Shown here: piece by piece, positions 1-11,303 of the stretch | Numbering within the stretch: position 1 is the stretch's first letter | Layout: every line of letters starts with the position of its first letter | Source of the DNA: Eledone cirrhosa | Lineage: Eukaryota | Assembly: GCA_964016885.1 (NCBI GenBank) | Contig: OZ024742.1 | Location: forward strand, 40,734,001-40,798,000 | DNA: 64,000 nt | Reading direction: 5' to 3' | The notes under the pieces: model-generated | What the model saw: the letters and a program-made list of their open reading frames with translations, nothing else | What the model was told of the DNA's origin: nothing | Databases searched by the model: none | Program-made: the position numbers and the translations under genes

Positions 1-102
<102 letters not shown>

Positions 103-103
103 C

Positions 104-168
104 AGTATCCGTCCACCAAATTGCAATCACAAGGCTTTAGTCACATGAGGTTATAATAGAAGACACTT
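104..168 (-). mobile_element. SINE body fragment (same family as 577-677)
   Basis: CACAAGGCTTTAGTC...ATAATAGAAGACACTTG shares ATAGTA(A/G)AAGACACTTG with 578-594 and resembles an abundant octopus SINE body as I recall it. Confidence 0.55.
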
Positions 169-294
169 GACAGACAAAGACACAAACGTAAACACACACA
201 CAGACTCTCACACACACACACAACCCACACACCACACGCACACAATTATATGTAAATAGAGAGAGATTGATGTATATGTGTATGTGTTTGACCT

Positions 295-390
295 CCATTG
301 TTTCCGATCATGAGTGCTTCAGTTGAACCACCGGATCAGTGTGCTAATGAAATTAGCATGTAAGTGGCTGAGTATTCCACAAACACATTT
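295..390 (-). mobile_element. SINE 3' fragment related to 6241-6562
   Basis: GAGTGCTTCAGTTGAACC...TGAAATTAGCATGTAAGTGGCTGAGTATTCCACAAACAC aligns with GAGTGTTCCAGTTGACCC...TGAAATTAACGTGCAAGTGGCTGAGCATTCCACAGACAC at about 6262-6340. Confidence 0.7.
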
Positions 391-576
391 GAAATATGAT
401 AGTACTTAAAACGTTCAAACATTAACTGAATGAACAGTAGATAGAACGTAAATTTTATTTTCTGAATAGAAAACAGACTGGAATTTCCAATTTCTAGCTT
501 TGTTGCTCCATATGTTCGGTTTCTGTAATTTCCCTCTAAAAAATTCCCACAAGACATTGATCAACTCAATGATATA

Positions 577-677
577 AATAGTAAAAGACACTTGCCCAAT
601 GTGCAATCACTGAGCAGCGGGATTGAACTCTAACCCAGAGGGCTGCAAAGCAAACTGATTAACCATATAGCTGTGCT
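577..677 (-). mobile_element. tRNA-derived SINE head plus start of body
   Basis: Minus strand has A-box-like AGCTATATGGTTAA and B-box-like GAGTTCAATCC, followed by TTGGGCAAGTGTCTT (CORE-like motif). Confidence 0.65.
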
Positions 678-679
678 TA

Positions 680-948
680 TGTCTAAAGTCTGTCTTAGGC
701 CGGTGCTAATCCCGGTTTCATGGCGTGAAACGGCCGAGAGTACAAAACTCCTCACTGGACAGGACGACAGTCCATCGGCGATTTAAACTCCCAGCTATTT
801 CTGGTATTCATTTTCAGCTGAGTATACAGGAGCAACGTGAAATGAAGTGTTTTACTCAATAACACAACACGCAACCCAGCTCAGGAATCGAACCCATGAT
901 ATTATGATCGTATATCCAACAGCCTTACCACTAGGGTACGTGACTCCA
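680..948 (-). mobile_element. tRNA-derived SINE with 9-bp TSD
   Basis: Minus strand has CCTAGTGGTAAGG (A box), GGTTCGATTCC (B box), then TGTGTTATTGAGTAAAACACTTCATTTCACGTTGCTCC...CTCAGCTGAAAATGA, a central domain shared with 6241-6562. Flanked by the direct repeat CTGTGCTTA at 671-679 and 949-957. Confidence 0.85.
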
Positions 949-1184
949 CTGTGCTTAACCTATTGGAGTGGGGAAAAAACAGACACAGAAGAAAACTATA
1001 GCAAATAAAAAAAAAATGGAGAAGGCAAGCAGAAGTTCAACCATTGAATCTTTAATTTATCTGATGCTATAACGCCACCAGACAACTGGCTTTGATATCT
1101 GTGGTATTTTAGCGAATTATTTTCATTGGAAACACCACTTCCTGAATTAATATCCTATTTCATATGGTTTTTGTTTTTCTTTAC

Positions 1185-4100
1185 CTTTTTCGGTGGTGGT
1201 GGTGGTGATGGTGATGATGCTACTGCTGCTGTCGTTGGAGCTGGTGCTGGTACTGTTGTTGGTGCTGGTGATGGTGCTGGTGCTAGTATTGGTGCTGGTA
1301 CTGTTGTTGGTGCTGGTGATGGTGCTGGTGCTAGTATTGGTGCTGGTAGTGTTGTTGGTGCTGGTGATGGTGCTGGTGCTAGTATTGGTGCTGGTAGTGT
1401 TGTTGGTGCTGGTGATGGTGCTGGTGCTAGTATTGGTGCTGGTACTGTTGTTGGTGCTGGTGATGGTGCTGGTGCTAGTATTGGTGCTGGTACTGTTGTT
1501 GGTGCTGGTGCTGGTGCTAGTATTGGTGCTGGTACTGTTGTTGGTTCTGGTGATGGTGCTGGTGCTAGTATTGGTGCTGGTACTGTTGTTGGTTCTGGTG
1601 ATGGTGCTGGTGCTAGTATTGGTGCTGGTACTGTTGTTGGTTCTGGTGATGGTGCTGGTGCTAGTATTGGTGTTGGTACTGTTGTTGGTTCTGGTGATGG
1701 TGCTGGTGCTAGTATTGGTGTGGTAGTGTTGTTGGTGCTGGTGATGGTGCTGGTGCTAGTATTGGTGCTGGTACTGTTGTTGGTGCTGGTGATGGTGCTG
1801 GTGCTAGTATTGGTGCTGGTACTGGTGTTGGTGCTGGTGATGGTGCTGGTGCTAGTATTGGTGCTGGTACTGTTGTTGGTGCTGGTGATGGTGCTGGTGG
1901 TGCTAGTATTGGTGCTGGTACTGTTGTTGGTGCTGGTGCTGGTGCTAGTATTGGTGCTGGTACTGTTGTTGGTGCTGGTGCTGGTGCTAGTATTGGTGCT
2001 GGTACTGTTGTTGGTGCTGGTGCTGGTGCTAGTATTGGTGCTGGTACTGTTGTTGGTGCTGGTGCTGGTGCTAGTATTGGTGCTGGTACTGTTGTTGGTG
2101 CTGGTGATGGTGCTGGTGCTAGTATTGGTGCTGGTACTGTTGTTGGTGCTGGTGCTGGTGCTGGTGCTAGTATTGGTGCTGGTACTGTTGTTGGTGCTGG
2201 TGCTGGTGCTAGTATTGGTGCTGGTACTGTTGTTGGTGCTGGTGATGGTGCTGGTGCTAGTATTGGTGCTGGTACTGTTGTTGGTGCTGGTGCTGGTGCT
2301 GGTGCTAGTATTGGTGCTGGTAGTGTTGTTGGTGCTGGTGCTGGTGCTGGTGCTAGTATTGGTGTGGTAGTGTTGTTGGTGCTGGTGCTGGTGCTAGTAT
2401 TGGTGCTGGTACTGTTGTTGGTGCTGGTGCTGGTGCTGGTGCTAGTATTGGTGCTGGTAGTGTTGTTGGTGCTGGTGCTGGTGCTGGTGCTAGTATTGGT
2501 GCTGGTAGTGTTGTTGGTGCTGGTGCTGGTGCTAGTATTGGTGCTGGTACTGTTGTTGGTGCTGGTGCTGGTGCTAGTATTGGTGCTGGTACTGTTGTTG
2601 GTTCTGGTGATGGTGCTGGTGCTAGTATTGGTGCTGGTACTGTTGTTGGTGCTGGTGATGGTGCTGGTGCTAGTATTGGTGCTGGTAGTGTTGTTGGTGC
2701 TGGTGCTGGTGCTAGTATTGGTACTGGTACTGTTGTTGGTGCTGGTGCTGGTGCTAGTATTGGTGCTGGTACTGTTGTTGGTTCTGGTGATGGTGCTGGT
2801 GCTAGTATTGGTGCTGGTACTGTTGTTGGTGCTGGTGATGGTGCTGGTGCTAGTATTGGTGCTGGTAGTGTTGTTGGTGCTGGTGCTGGTGCTAGTATTG
2901 GTGCTGGTACTGTTGTTGGTGATGGTGCTGGTGCTAGTATTGGTGCTGGTACTGTTGTTGGTGCTGGTGATGGTGCTGGTGCTAGTATTGGTGCTGGTAC
3001 TGTTGTTGGTGCTGGTGCTGGTGCTGGTGCTAGTATTGGTGCTGGTAGTGTTGTTGGTTCTGGTGATGGTGCTGGTATTGGTGCTGGTAGTGTTGTTGGT
3101 GCTGGTGATGGTGCTGGTGCTAGTATTGGTGCTGGTACTGTTGTTGGTGCTGGTGATGGTGCTGGTATTGGTGCTGGTAGTGTTGTTGGTGCTGGTGATG
3201 GTGCTGGTGCTAGTATTGGTGCTGGTACTGTTGTTGGTGCTGGTGATGGTGCTGGTATTGGTGCTGGTAGTGTTGTTGGTGCTGGTGATGGTGCTGGTGC
3301 TAGTATTGGTGCTGGTACTGTTGTTGGTGCTGGTGATGGTGCTGGTGCTAGTATTGGTGCTGGTACTGTTGTTGGTGCTGGTGCTGGTGCTAGTATTGGT
3401 GCTGGTACTGTTGTTGGTGCTGGTGCTGGTGCTGGTGCTAGTATTGGTGCTGGTAGTGTTGTTGGTGCTGGTGATGGTGCTGGTATTGGTGCTGGTAGTG
3501 TTGTTGGTGCTGGTGATGGTGCTGGTGCTAGTATTGGTGCTGGTACTGTTGTTGGTGCTGGTGATGGTGCTGGTGCTAGTATTGGTGCTGGTACTGTTGT
3601 TGGTGCTGGTGCTGGTGCTAGTATTGGTGCTGGTACTGTTGTTGGTTCTGGTGATGGTGCTGGTGCTAGTATTGGTGCTGGTACTGTTGTTGGTGCTGGT
3701 GATGGTGCTGGTGCTAGTATTGGTGCTGGTAGTGTTGTTGGTGCTGGTGCTGGTGCTAGTATTGGTGCTGGTACTGTTGTTGGTTCTGGTGATGGTGCTG
3801 GTGCTAGTATTGGTGCTGGTACTGTTGTTGGTGCTGGTGATGGTGCTAGTATTGGTGCTGGTACTGTTGTTGGTGCTGGTGCTGGTGCTGGTGCTAGTAT
3901 TGGTGTTGGTACTGTTGTTGGTTCTGGTGCTGGTGCTGGTGCTAGTATTGGTGCTGGTAGTGTTGTTGGTGCTGGTGCTGGTGCTAGTATTGGTGCTGGT
4001 ACTGTTGTTGGTGCTGGTGCTGGTGCTGGTGCTAGTATTGGTGCTGGTACTGTTGTTGGTTCTGGTGATGGTGCTGGTGCTAGTATTGGTGCTGGTAGTG

Positions 4101-4845
4101 TTGTTGGTGCTGGTGCTGGTGCTAGTATTGGTGCTGGTACTGTTGTTGGTGCTGGTGCTGGTGCTGGTGCTAGTATTGGTGTTGGTACTGTTGTTGGTTC
4201 TGGTGCTGGTGCTGGTGCTAGTATTGGTGCTGGTAGTGTTGTTGGTTCTGGTGATGGTGCTGGTGCTAGTATTGGTGTTGGTACTGTTGTTGGTTCTGGT
4301 GATGGTGCTGGTGCTAGTATTGGTGTTGGTACTGTTGTTGGTTCTGGTGATGGTGCTGGTGCTAGTATTGGTGTTGGTACTGTTGTTGGTTCTGGTGATG
4401 GTGCTGGTGCTAGTATTGGTGTTGGTACTGTTGTTGGTTCTGGTGATGGTGCTGGTGCTAGTATTGGTGTTGGTACTGTTGTTGGTTCTGGTGATGGTGC
4501 TGGTGCTAGTATTGGTGTTGGTACTGTTGTTGGTTCTGGTGATGGTGCTGGTGGTGCTAGTATTGGTGCTGGTACTGTTGTTGGTTCTGGTGATGGTGCT
4601 GGTGGTGCTAGTATTGGTGCTGATACTGTTGTTGGTTCTGGTGATGGTGCTGATATTGGTACTTTTGTTGGTGTTGGTGTTGGTGTTGGTGTTGGTGCTG
4701 GTGTTGGTGGTGCTGGTGTTGGTGTTGGTGTTGGTGTTGGTGTTGGTGTTGGTGTTGGTGTTGGTGCTGGTGGTGCTAGTGATGTTGCTGGTGTTGGTAC
4801 TAGTACCGGTACTGGTGATGGTGCCGGTGCTAGTGGTCGTCATAG
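1185..4845 (-). CDS. Candidate large repeat exon, mucin-like Ser/Thr/Asn-rich (alternatively Pro/Ala/Thr-rich); interrupted by two 1-nt deletions as assembled
   Basis: Minus strand acceptor-like CCCCCCACTTTAG|CT ATG at 4846/4845 (a second TGCTTTAG|G at 4917/4916 is in the same frame) and donor-like GAAAAAG|GTAAAG at 1185/1184. Length 3661 nt, or 3663 (phase 1-1, in frame) if the two missing C bases are restored. ORF 1709..4843 covers most of it. No flanking exons found. Confidence 0.3.
1192..4835. repeat. 48-bp (also 42/51-bp) GGT-based minisatellite
   Basis: Unit GGTGCTGGTGATGGTGCTGGTGCTAGTATTGGTGCTGGTACTGTTGTT repeated over about 3.4 kb, degrading into (GGTGTT)n at the right and (GGT)n at the left. 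Confidence 0.97.
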
Positions 4846-5040
4846 CTAAAGTGGGGGGTAGTTGTGATGGTAGTAGTTGGGATGTTATTTTATTGTTTGC
4901 GTTTTCTTTGTTTTGCCTAAAGCAGTAACAATTTGCAATAAAATGTCTAGATCTGATCGTCGAAAGTAGTAAAATATGAAGATAACGGTATATTGAGAAC
5001 GAATATCTCCCAAAAAAGGAAAAACAGTGCTTATGCGCAT

Positions 5041-5390
<350 letters not shown>

Positions 5391-5677
5391 CGTATCAGTT
5401 TAGCGGACGCTAAATGCTCGGTGTGTTTGTAAACAAACATCACGTATTAAGCTGTAGTGTCTAGCAACCATCGTTGCTCGTTTGTTCAACACTGACAAAG
5501 ATGACTGTCACCGAAATATATATAGCAGTAATAAACGAAGCCAAATTTTAAACATTTGACTTATTTATTTTATTTTATTTTATTTTACATTACTCCGGAG
5601 TAACCAAACCAACCTGCGCACTTCGTCGAGTGATCCAATCTGCATACTGAGGTGTTGGTATACAACTAACATATACT

Positions 5678-5680
<3 letters not shown>

Positions 5681-5744
<64 letters not shown>
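5681..5744. repeat. (TA)n microsatellite
   Basis: Direct reading. Confidence 0.97.
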
Positions 5745-5747
<3 letters not shown>

Positions 5748-5752
5748 CAATA

Positions 5753-5874
5753 TAATATAGAAATGGCTTCTACAGGACTAGAACTATTTAATTCAGGAGA
5801 AATCATCAGGAAGCTTCCTGATGATTTCTCCTGAATCAAACAGTTCTAGTCCTGTAGAAGCCATTTCTATATTA
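5753..5874. repeat. 122-bp loopless palindrome (61-bp arms, 2 mismatches)
   Basis: Centre AAG|CTT at 5813/5814. Arms are reverse complements except GAATTAAATAG versus GAATCAAACAG. Confidence 0.95.
5813..5861 (+). ncRNA. Degenerate type I hammerhead-ribozyme-like motif (G12 missing, probably inactive)
   Basis: Stem I GCTTC/GAAGC, core CTGATGA (5818-5824), short stem II TTC-TCCT-GAA, CAAA in place of GAAA, stem III ACAG/CTGT, cleavage triplet GTA (5854-5856). Confidence 0.45.
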
Positions 5875-5953
5875 AATATTTATACTCTGCTATATATTGA
5901 GTACCTTACTCACAGTGGTTACCCCCGATTGAACTCGGGATAAACTTATATAT

Positions 5954-6014
5954 GTGTGTGGGGGGGGCGTGCGTGTGTGTGTGTGTGTGTGTGCGTGTGT
6001 GTGTGTGCGTGCGT

Positions 6015-6055
<41 letters not shown>
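5954..6055. repeat. (TG)n microsatellite, interrupted
   Basis: Direct reading. Confidence 0.95.
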
Positions 6056-6056
<1 letters not shown>

Positions 6057-6240
6057 TTCATTAATTCACACAAAAACAAACACACAAGCGCATAAGCAAT
6101 AATATATATGAACACAGGCACATGTGCAGATAAGCACAAGGTCAGCCACACACATACATAAAAGCATCTGTATACTATCACAAACCAATAAATGTCCATG
6201 CACGCACACATACATATATACATATATGGAGGATAGAAGA

Positions 6241-6562
6241 CATTCCGTCAGTTACGACGACGAGTGTTCCAGTTGACCCTATTAACGGAACAGCCTGCTC
6301 GTGAAATTAACGTGCAAGTGGCTGAGCATTCCACAGACACGCATATCCTTACCATAGTTCTTAGGGAGATTCAGCATGAAACAGAATATGACAAGGCTAA
6401 CCCTTCGAATTACAGGTACAACTCATTTTTTGCCAGCTGAGTGGACTGGAGCAATGTGAAATAAAGTGTTATGTTCAAGGCCACAACGTGCCTCCGGAAA
6501 TCGACCTCACAACCTTACGATTGTAAGCCGAATACCCTAACCACAAAGCCACGCGCCTTCAC
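6241..6562 (-). mobile_element. Near full-length tRNA-derived SINE with CORE-like central domain
   Basis: Minus strand begins GTGAAGGCGCGTGGCTTTGTGGTTAGGG (A box), GGTCGATTTCC (decayed B box), TGTGGCCTTGAACATAACACTTTATTTCACATTGCTCCAGTCCACTCAGCTGGCAAAAAATGAG. Homologous segments occur at 295-390 and 680-948. Confidence 0.85.
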
Positions 6563-7100
6563 ATACATACATACATGATGATGACTGCCCTCTCGTTATC
6601 GAGTATGGCCATTGCACAATATAACATTATTAATAAGTATTAATTAATTCTATCGTGCAATGCCTGTGCGTGAAAATTTTTTTAAAGTGAGGAAAGTCTG
6701 TGCACTGAGCCAATCCCACTCACTGAGCAACAGTAGCTATAACCCGAAAAGAAGGTTTTATGTCGGAGTTATCCCAGTATCCTGAGTTGCCTTCTCCTAG
6801 AAGAATGCCCTGACAAAGGCTAGGGGCCCTCCATTCCCAGTGGTTTAACCGCGCGATGGGGAATCCAGCCCGATTATTTCTATGTCCCGCGCATATGCAC
6901 ACAAGTAGTGGCGGACTGGGTCTAAAAATATTGGTTGCCTACTTATAGAATGATATCATTTAATTTTTATAATGAATAAATAACATTTTCGAAAAATACA
7001 TAAGTTGAAACAAAACAGTGCAATCAAATTTATGCGAAATATATCTTATCTTCTCCAATAAAAAATATTAAGTATTTTGCGAAATCCAGAGACTTTCAAT

Positions 7101-7550
7101 AATGACCAGAAGTCGACCCTAAATATTACTAATAGCTCTAGGAAAGCCATGAACGACACCACATCTTTTTAACTTTGATTTTGAAAGTAGGTTTATAATT
7201 ACCAATTTTCATTTTACTTTTGTATCTGTCTCGGTGGCCTAGTTGGAGGAATCATAGACGGTGGTGATCCTGGTTCGAAGTTCGATCCTGGTCGGGAGTA
7301 GGGTTCCCGGTAATCCTTTTCTATTGGTTTTAAAATAAAACTGAAAAAGGTTACATGTACCTCTTGACCAGGACTGAACCTAAGGCCAGGATCTCCACCT
7401 TCTTTTAGGCCACAGAGACGACTACGAAATTGCTATGAAATTTCATATTTATAAACCTACTTGCAAAATGTTCAAAACAAAGTGTTGTGGTGTCGTTCAT
7501 GTCTTTCTTAATGTTATTGTTCCTACTTAAGGTCGACGTCTAAATCATTT
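7101..7550. repeat. About 450-bp diverged palindrome with a tRNA-like segment in each arm
   Basis: Colinear inverted blocks: GAAAGCCATGAACGACACCAC/GTGGTGTCGTTCATGTCTTTC, TTTTGAAAGTAGGTTTATAA/TTATAAACCTACTTGCAAAA, GTCTCGGTGGCCTA/TAGGCCACAGAGAC, GTTCGATCCTGGTCGGGAG/CTCTTGACCAGGACTGAAC. Centre near 7330. Confidence 0.85.
7228..7300 (+). pseudogene. tRNA-like (Pol III) sequence, not a canonical cloverleaf
   Basis: A box TGGCCTAGTTGG (7235-7246), B box GTTCGATCC (7280-7288), acceptor-like TCTCGG/TCGGGA pairing, T4 run at 7317-7320. No clean anticodon arm. Confidence 0.5.
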
Positions 7551-8375
7551 GGGTGTTCCATAAACTACATCCTCGTTTTGTTTCACATCTATCTAGACTA
7601 TATTTTAACCTGCAATCCATGTTTCATTTCTGTTCCACCTCATTTCTCCCCCTCCTTGGTTGACCAAATGCTTTGCTTCATTGTTTTATTTATTATTTTT
7701 TCATTTTATTCTTTCTCTTAGATTTCAGCTATTTTTTGAAAGCAAAGAATTGGCCCCTAAAATACTACAGTGGGCCCTGTAATGTTATTGTGGCTCTTGC
7801 AATGCTACCGTGGGTCCCCTGGGGCCCACTTGCCATCGGGCAACCTAGCAACCTGGTCCGCCACTGAACACATGAATATACATATATATACATACATATG
7901 TACATGTGTATATACATATTTACACAATTTTGGATGACCGTTGACTCTTATGAGTTCTTCTGCCCTTTGTCAGGTTTGTTTTTTGTCCTACAGGGTGCCA
8001 AAAATCACCCTCCTCACCAAGTAAACTTGGGGGGTTGCAGGTTTAGTCGCCGACGACCCGACTATGCGACAGGTTGTACTGGGTTACATGTTACCAGTAG
8101 CACTCAAGAGTGACACGACATAAACATACATACATATATATATACATCTATACATCTATACATATATACATACATACTTATAACCACTCCGAGGATAAAC
8201 CATACTAAAAACTTGAAATGGAGTGAAGGATACATCCATGCAAACCAGGAACAGGTTGGAACATTGTTGTCAGGGATGTTATAAGACTATAATTTTGGAG
8301 GATTTGGGTTTCATCACTTTTAGGGAGCAAGAAGGTGTTGCTATTGACTAGCCACTCAGGGGTCAAGATTACTCA

Positions 8376-8434
8376 AGGGTCATTTGTGGTTCATTTATAA
8401 GATCACACGAGGGTCATCTGTGGTTCATTTATAA
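8376..8434. repeat. Two-copy tandem duplication, 34-bp period
   Basis: AGGGTCAT(T/C)TGTGGTTCATTTATAA at 8376 and 8410. Confidence 0.85.
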
Positions 8435-8664
8435 TAAAATTGTAAATAATAGACCGTCTAGTAGGTTAATGTGGACAGCCCACCTGTGGATGCCATCTGT
8501 CATTCGACTTTTAGATTTGTGAATTCTAGTTAGATCACATTGTTGCATTTGTGTGTTCATGGCGCTTTCTCTGTTTCTATACTTTAATCTAATAATTATT
8601 ACCCACAACATCGTCCTGTGCAGAGGATACTGCCCTTCATTTCTCCCCATATATATATTGGTTA

Positions 8665-8729
8665 GTCGAGTATGGAATTTGTAGAAATTTGGGTTTTTTC
8701 TACAAATTTCTACAAATTTCATACTTGAC
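8665..8729. repeat. 27-bp inverted repeat with 11-nt loop
   Basis: GTCGAGTATGGAATTTGTAGAAATTTG (8665-8691) and CAAATTTCTACAAATTTCATACTTGAC (8703-8729); both mismatches are G-T. Confidence 0.9.
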
Positions 8730-8748
8730 GACCCTAAGCGTTAACCTA

Positions 8749-9620
<872 letters not shown>

Positions 9621-9707
9621 CACTGTGTAATTCAGTATGTTAAGTGGTTATTTAAGCCATCTTAGCAATTAACTGTAAGACAGTTTCAGCTTTCTGTTCG
9701 TTTATTT

Positions 9708-9790
9708 TGCTGCTACTGCTGCTACTGCTGCTACTGCTGCTACTGCTGCTACTGCTGCTACTGCTGCTACTGCTGCTACTGCCGCTACTG
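9708..9790. repeat. (TGCTGCTAC)n trinucleotide-based repeat
   Basis: Direct reading. Confidence 0.95.
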
Positions 9791-10026
9791 TTGTCGTTCA
9801 TTTGTTCATATATATTTTTTATTTGTCGGTTTGTTTATTTTTGTTATTGTTTTTATTGGAAAATTTTATCGCTTCTAATGGGAAAGTTTTTGTTTTATAA
9901 TTAATAAGGACCAATTACTTTGCCTGAGTGACGCAGCTATTTAATGGAGTGGATAATGAGCCAGAATTTAAGCTCCAATGTAGGTTTGTGAATTTGAGCT
10001 GCAAATCACCAGTGGCCAAGCTCAGA

Positions 10027-10195
10027 TTCGGATAACTGCTTAACAGATATATATTGTTTATGTTCAACATATATGACTCTCAAACTGCCACTAAGTTCGG
10101 ATAACTGAATAACAGATATACAATATATACAATGTTTATGTGCAATACATATTAACTATCAAACTGCCGCAAACTTCGGATAATTGAATAACAGA
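10027..10195. repeat. Diverged tandem repeat, about 70-80 bp, about 2.3 copies
   Basis: TTCGGATAA(C/T)TG..TAACAGA at 10027, 10096 and 10175; TCAAACTGCC in the first two copies. Confidence 0.8.
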
Positions 10196-10393
10196 CAACT
10201 TACGTGAGAAAATAATCAGTAAATGATAAATACAAACGCACCTTGAATACTTGAAATATTTTTTTAAAGAGAATGAAGAATTTAATGAACTCGGAGAAGA
10301 TCATAAATATTAGGTTACAGATTTGTGAATTTGAACCGCAGATCAATCACCTCGTTCTGTTCAAAGTGCTTTTCTATTTGCTTAGTAAATAAC

Positions 10394-10609
10394 TGTTTAT
10401 ACTTTACGCACGAGGCCGTCAATTTGAATGGGAAGGGGAAAATCGATTTAATCGACCCCAGTGCATTACTGGTAGTTTATTTTATAGACCCCGTAAAAAT
10501 GAAAGGCAAAGCTAACTTCGGCGAGATTAGAAATCAGAACGTAAAGAGTCATAACTCTGTGTCACAAAGCATGTTGTCCGACGCTCACCGATACTGCCAA
10601 TCCACCCTC
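10394..10609 (-). mobile_element. tRNA-derived SINE (long variant) with 13-bp TSD
   Basis: Reverse complement aligns along its length with 61276-61486. Flanked by CTTAGTAAATAAC (10381-10393) and CTTAGTGAATAAC (10610-10622). Confidence 0.88.
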
Positions 10610-10796
10610 CTTAGTGAATAACGCGCATAAGTAAAACCAAATTCCACCATATACAAATTTTGAAAAGCTACTAAATGCAAACTATTCAATCCACCCCTTG
10701 TGGACCCCTAAACCTTTATTAACTCCGGTGAAAATTGTATTCACAACTAGGGCTTTCTATAGATCATTTTAAGAAACCCTGGTATAAACAGATGAG

Positions 10797-10915
<119 letters not shown>

Positions 10916-11303
10916 ATGTTCTAGAAGAGCTTTCAGACCACCGAAATATTTCTTACAAATTCATCATATCTTCATGCCATAGATAAAACAGATAAGATTC
11001 TAATTATATTTAACACCTGTTCAACACACCATCGGTCACTAGGGCCAACGAAGGAATCAGTACGTGGTCTTTCGACCTGCTAGAAATAACACACAAATCT
11101 CTGTGGATTCATATGCCACCTTATTAAAGAAAACAAAACAGAAAATATGAATTTTGGCAAATACATGTGACGTAATACTTGCTATGACATAAAACCGTGA
11201 CTGAGGTTCACAAGTTTCCGCTTGAACAATTCATAAGAATATAATCCCGACTTGTTTCCATTTACTGTACTTTGTATGAAATAGCTTTGTTTCAACTTAT
11301 AAT

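Larger units (their letters stand above)
6906..7866. mobile_element. Non-autonomous hAT-type DNA transposon (MITE)
   Basis: TIRs TAGTGGCGGACTGGG (6906) and, reverse-complemented, CAGTGGCGGACCAGG (7866), 12/15 identical and both followed by GGTTGCC. Degenerate 8-bp TSD CACACAAG (6898-6905) / AACACATG (7867-7874). Subterminal GGCCC/GGGCCC motifs at about 7750-7830. Confidence 0.75.
6575..8115 (-). mobile_element. Non-autonomous RTE-like derivative (5'-UTR-like plus 3'-tail-like parts), split by a hAT-type insertion
   Basis: Minus-strand 3' end ...ATGGCCATACTCGATAACGAGAGGGCAGTCATCATCAT resembles RTE-clade tails. GAGTTGCCTTCTCCTAG...AAGGCTAG and CCCTCCTCACC...GGTTTAGTCGCCG resemble RTE 5'-UTR motifs as I recall them. 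No ORF. Both ends abut ACATACATACAT. Confidence 0.5.

Noticed and set aside
1126-4928. Plus-strand Gly/Ala-rich (silk-like) and poly-Val/Leu ORFs
   Set aside because: They are antisense or alternative frames of the same triplet repeat. The Gly/Ala ORF starts at TTG and shifts into poly-VL, and splice-like boundaries are clearer on the minus strand.
5488-5530. Second hammerhead-like motif (CTGACAA...GTCACCGAAATATATATA)
   Set aside because: The core deviates from CUGANGA and stems I and II cannot both be formed convincingly.
7228-7300. Functional tRNA gene
   Set aside because: A and B boxes are present but there is no valid anticodon stem-loop or T-stem; kept only as tRNA-like.
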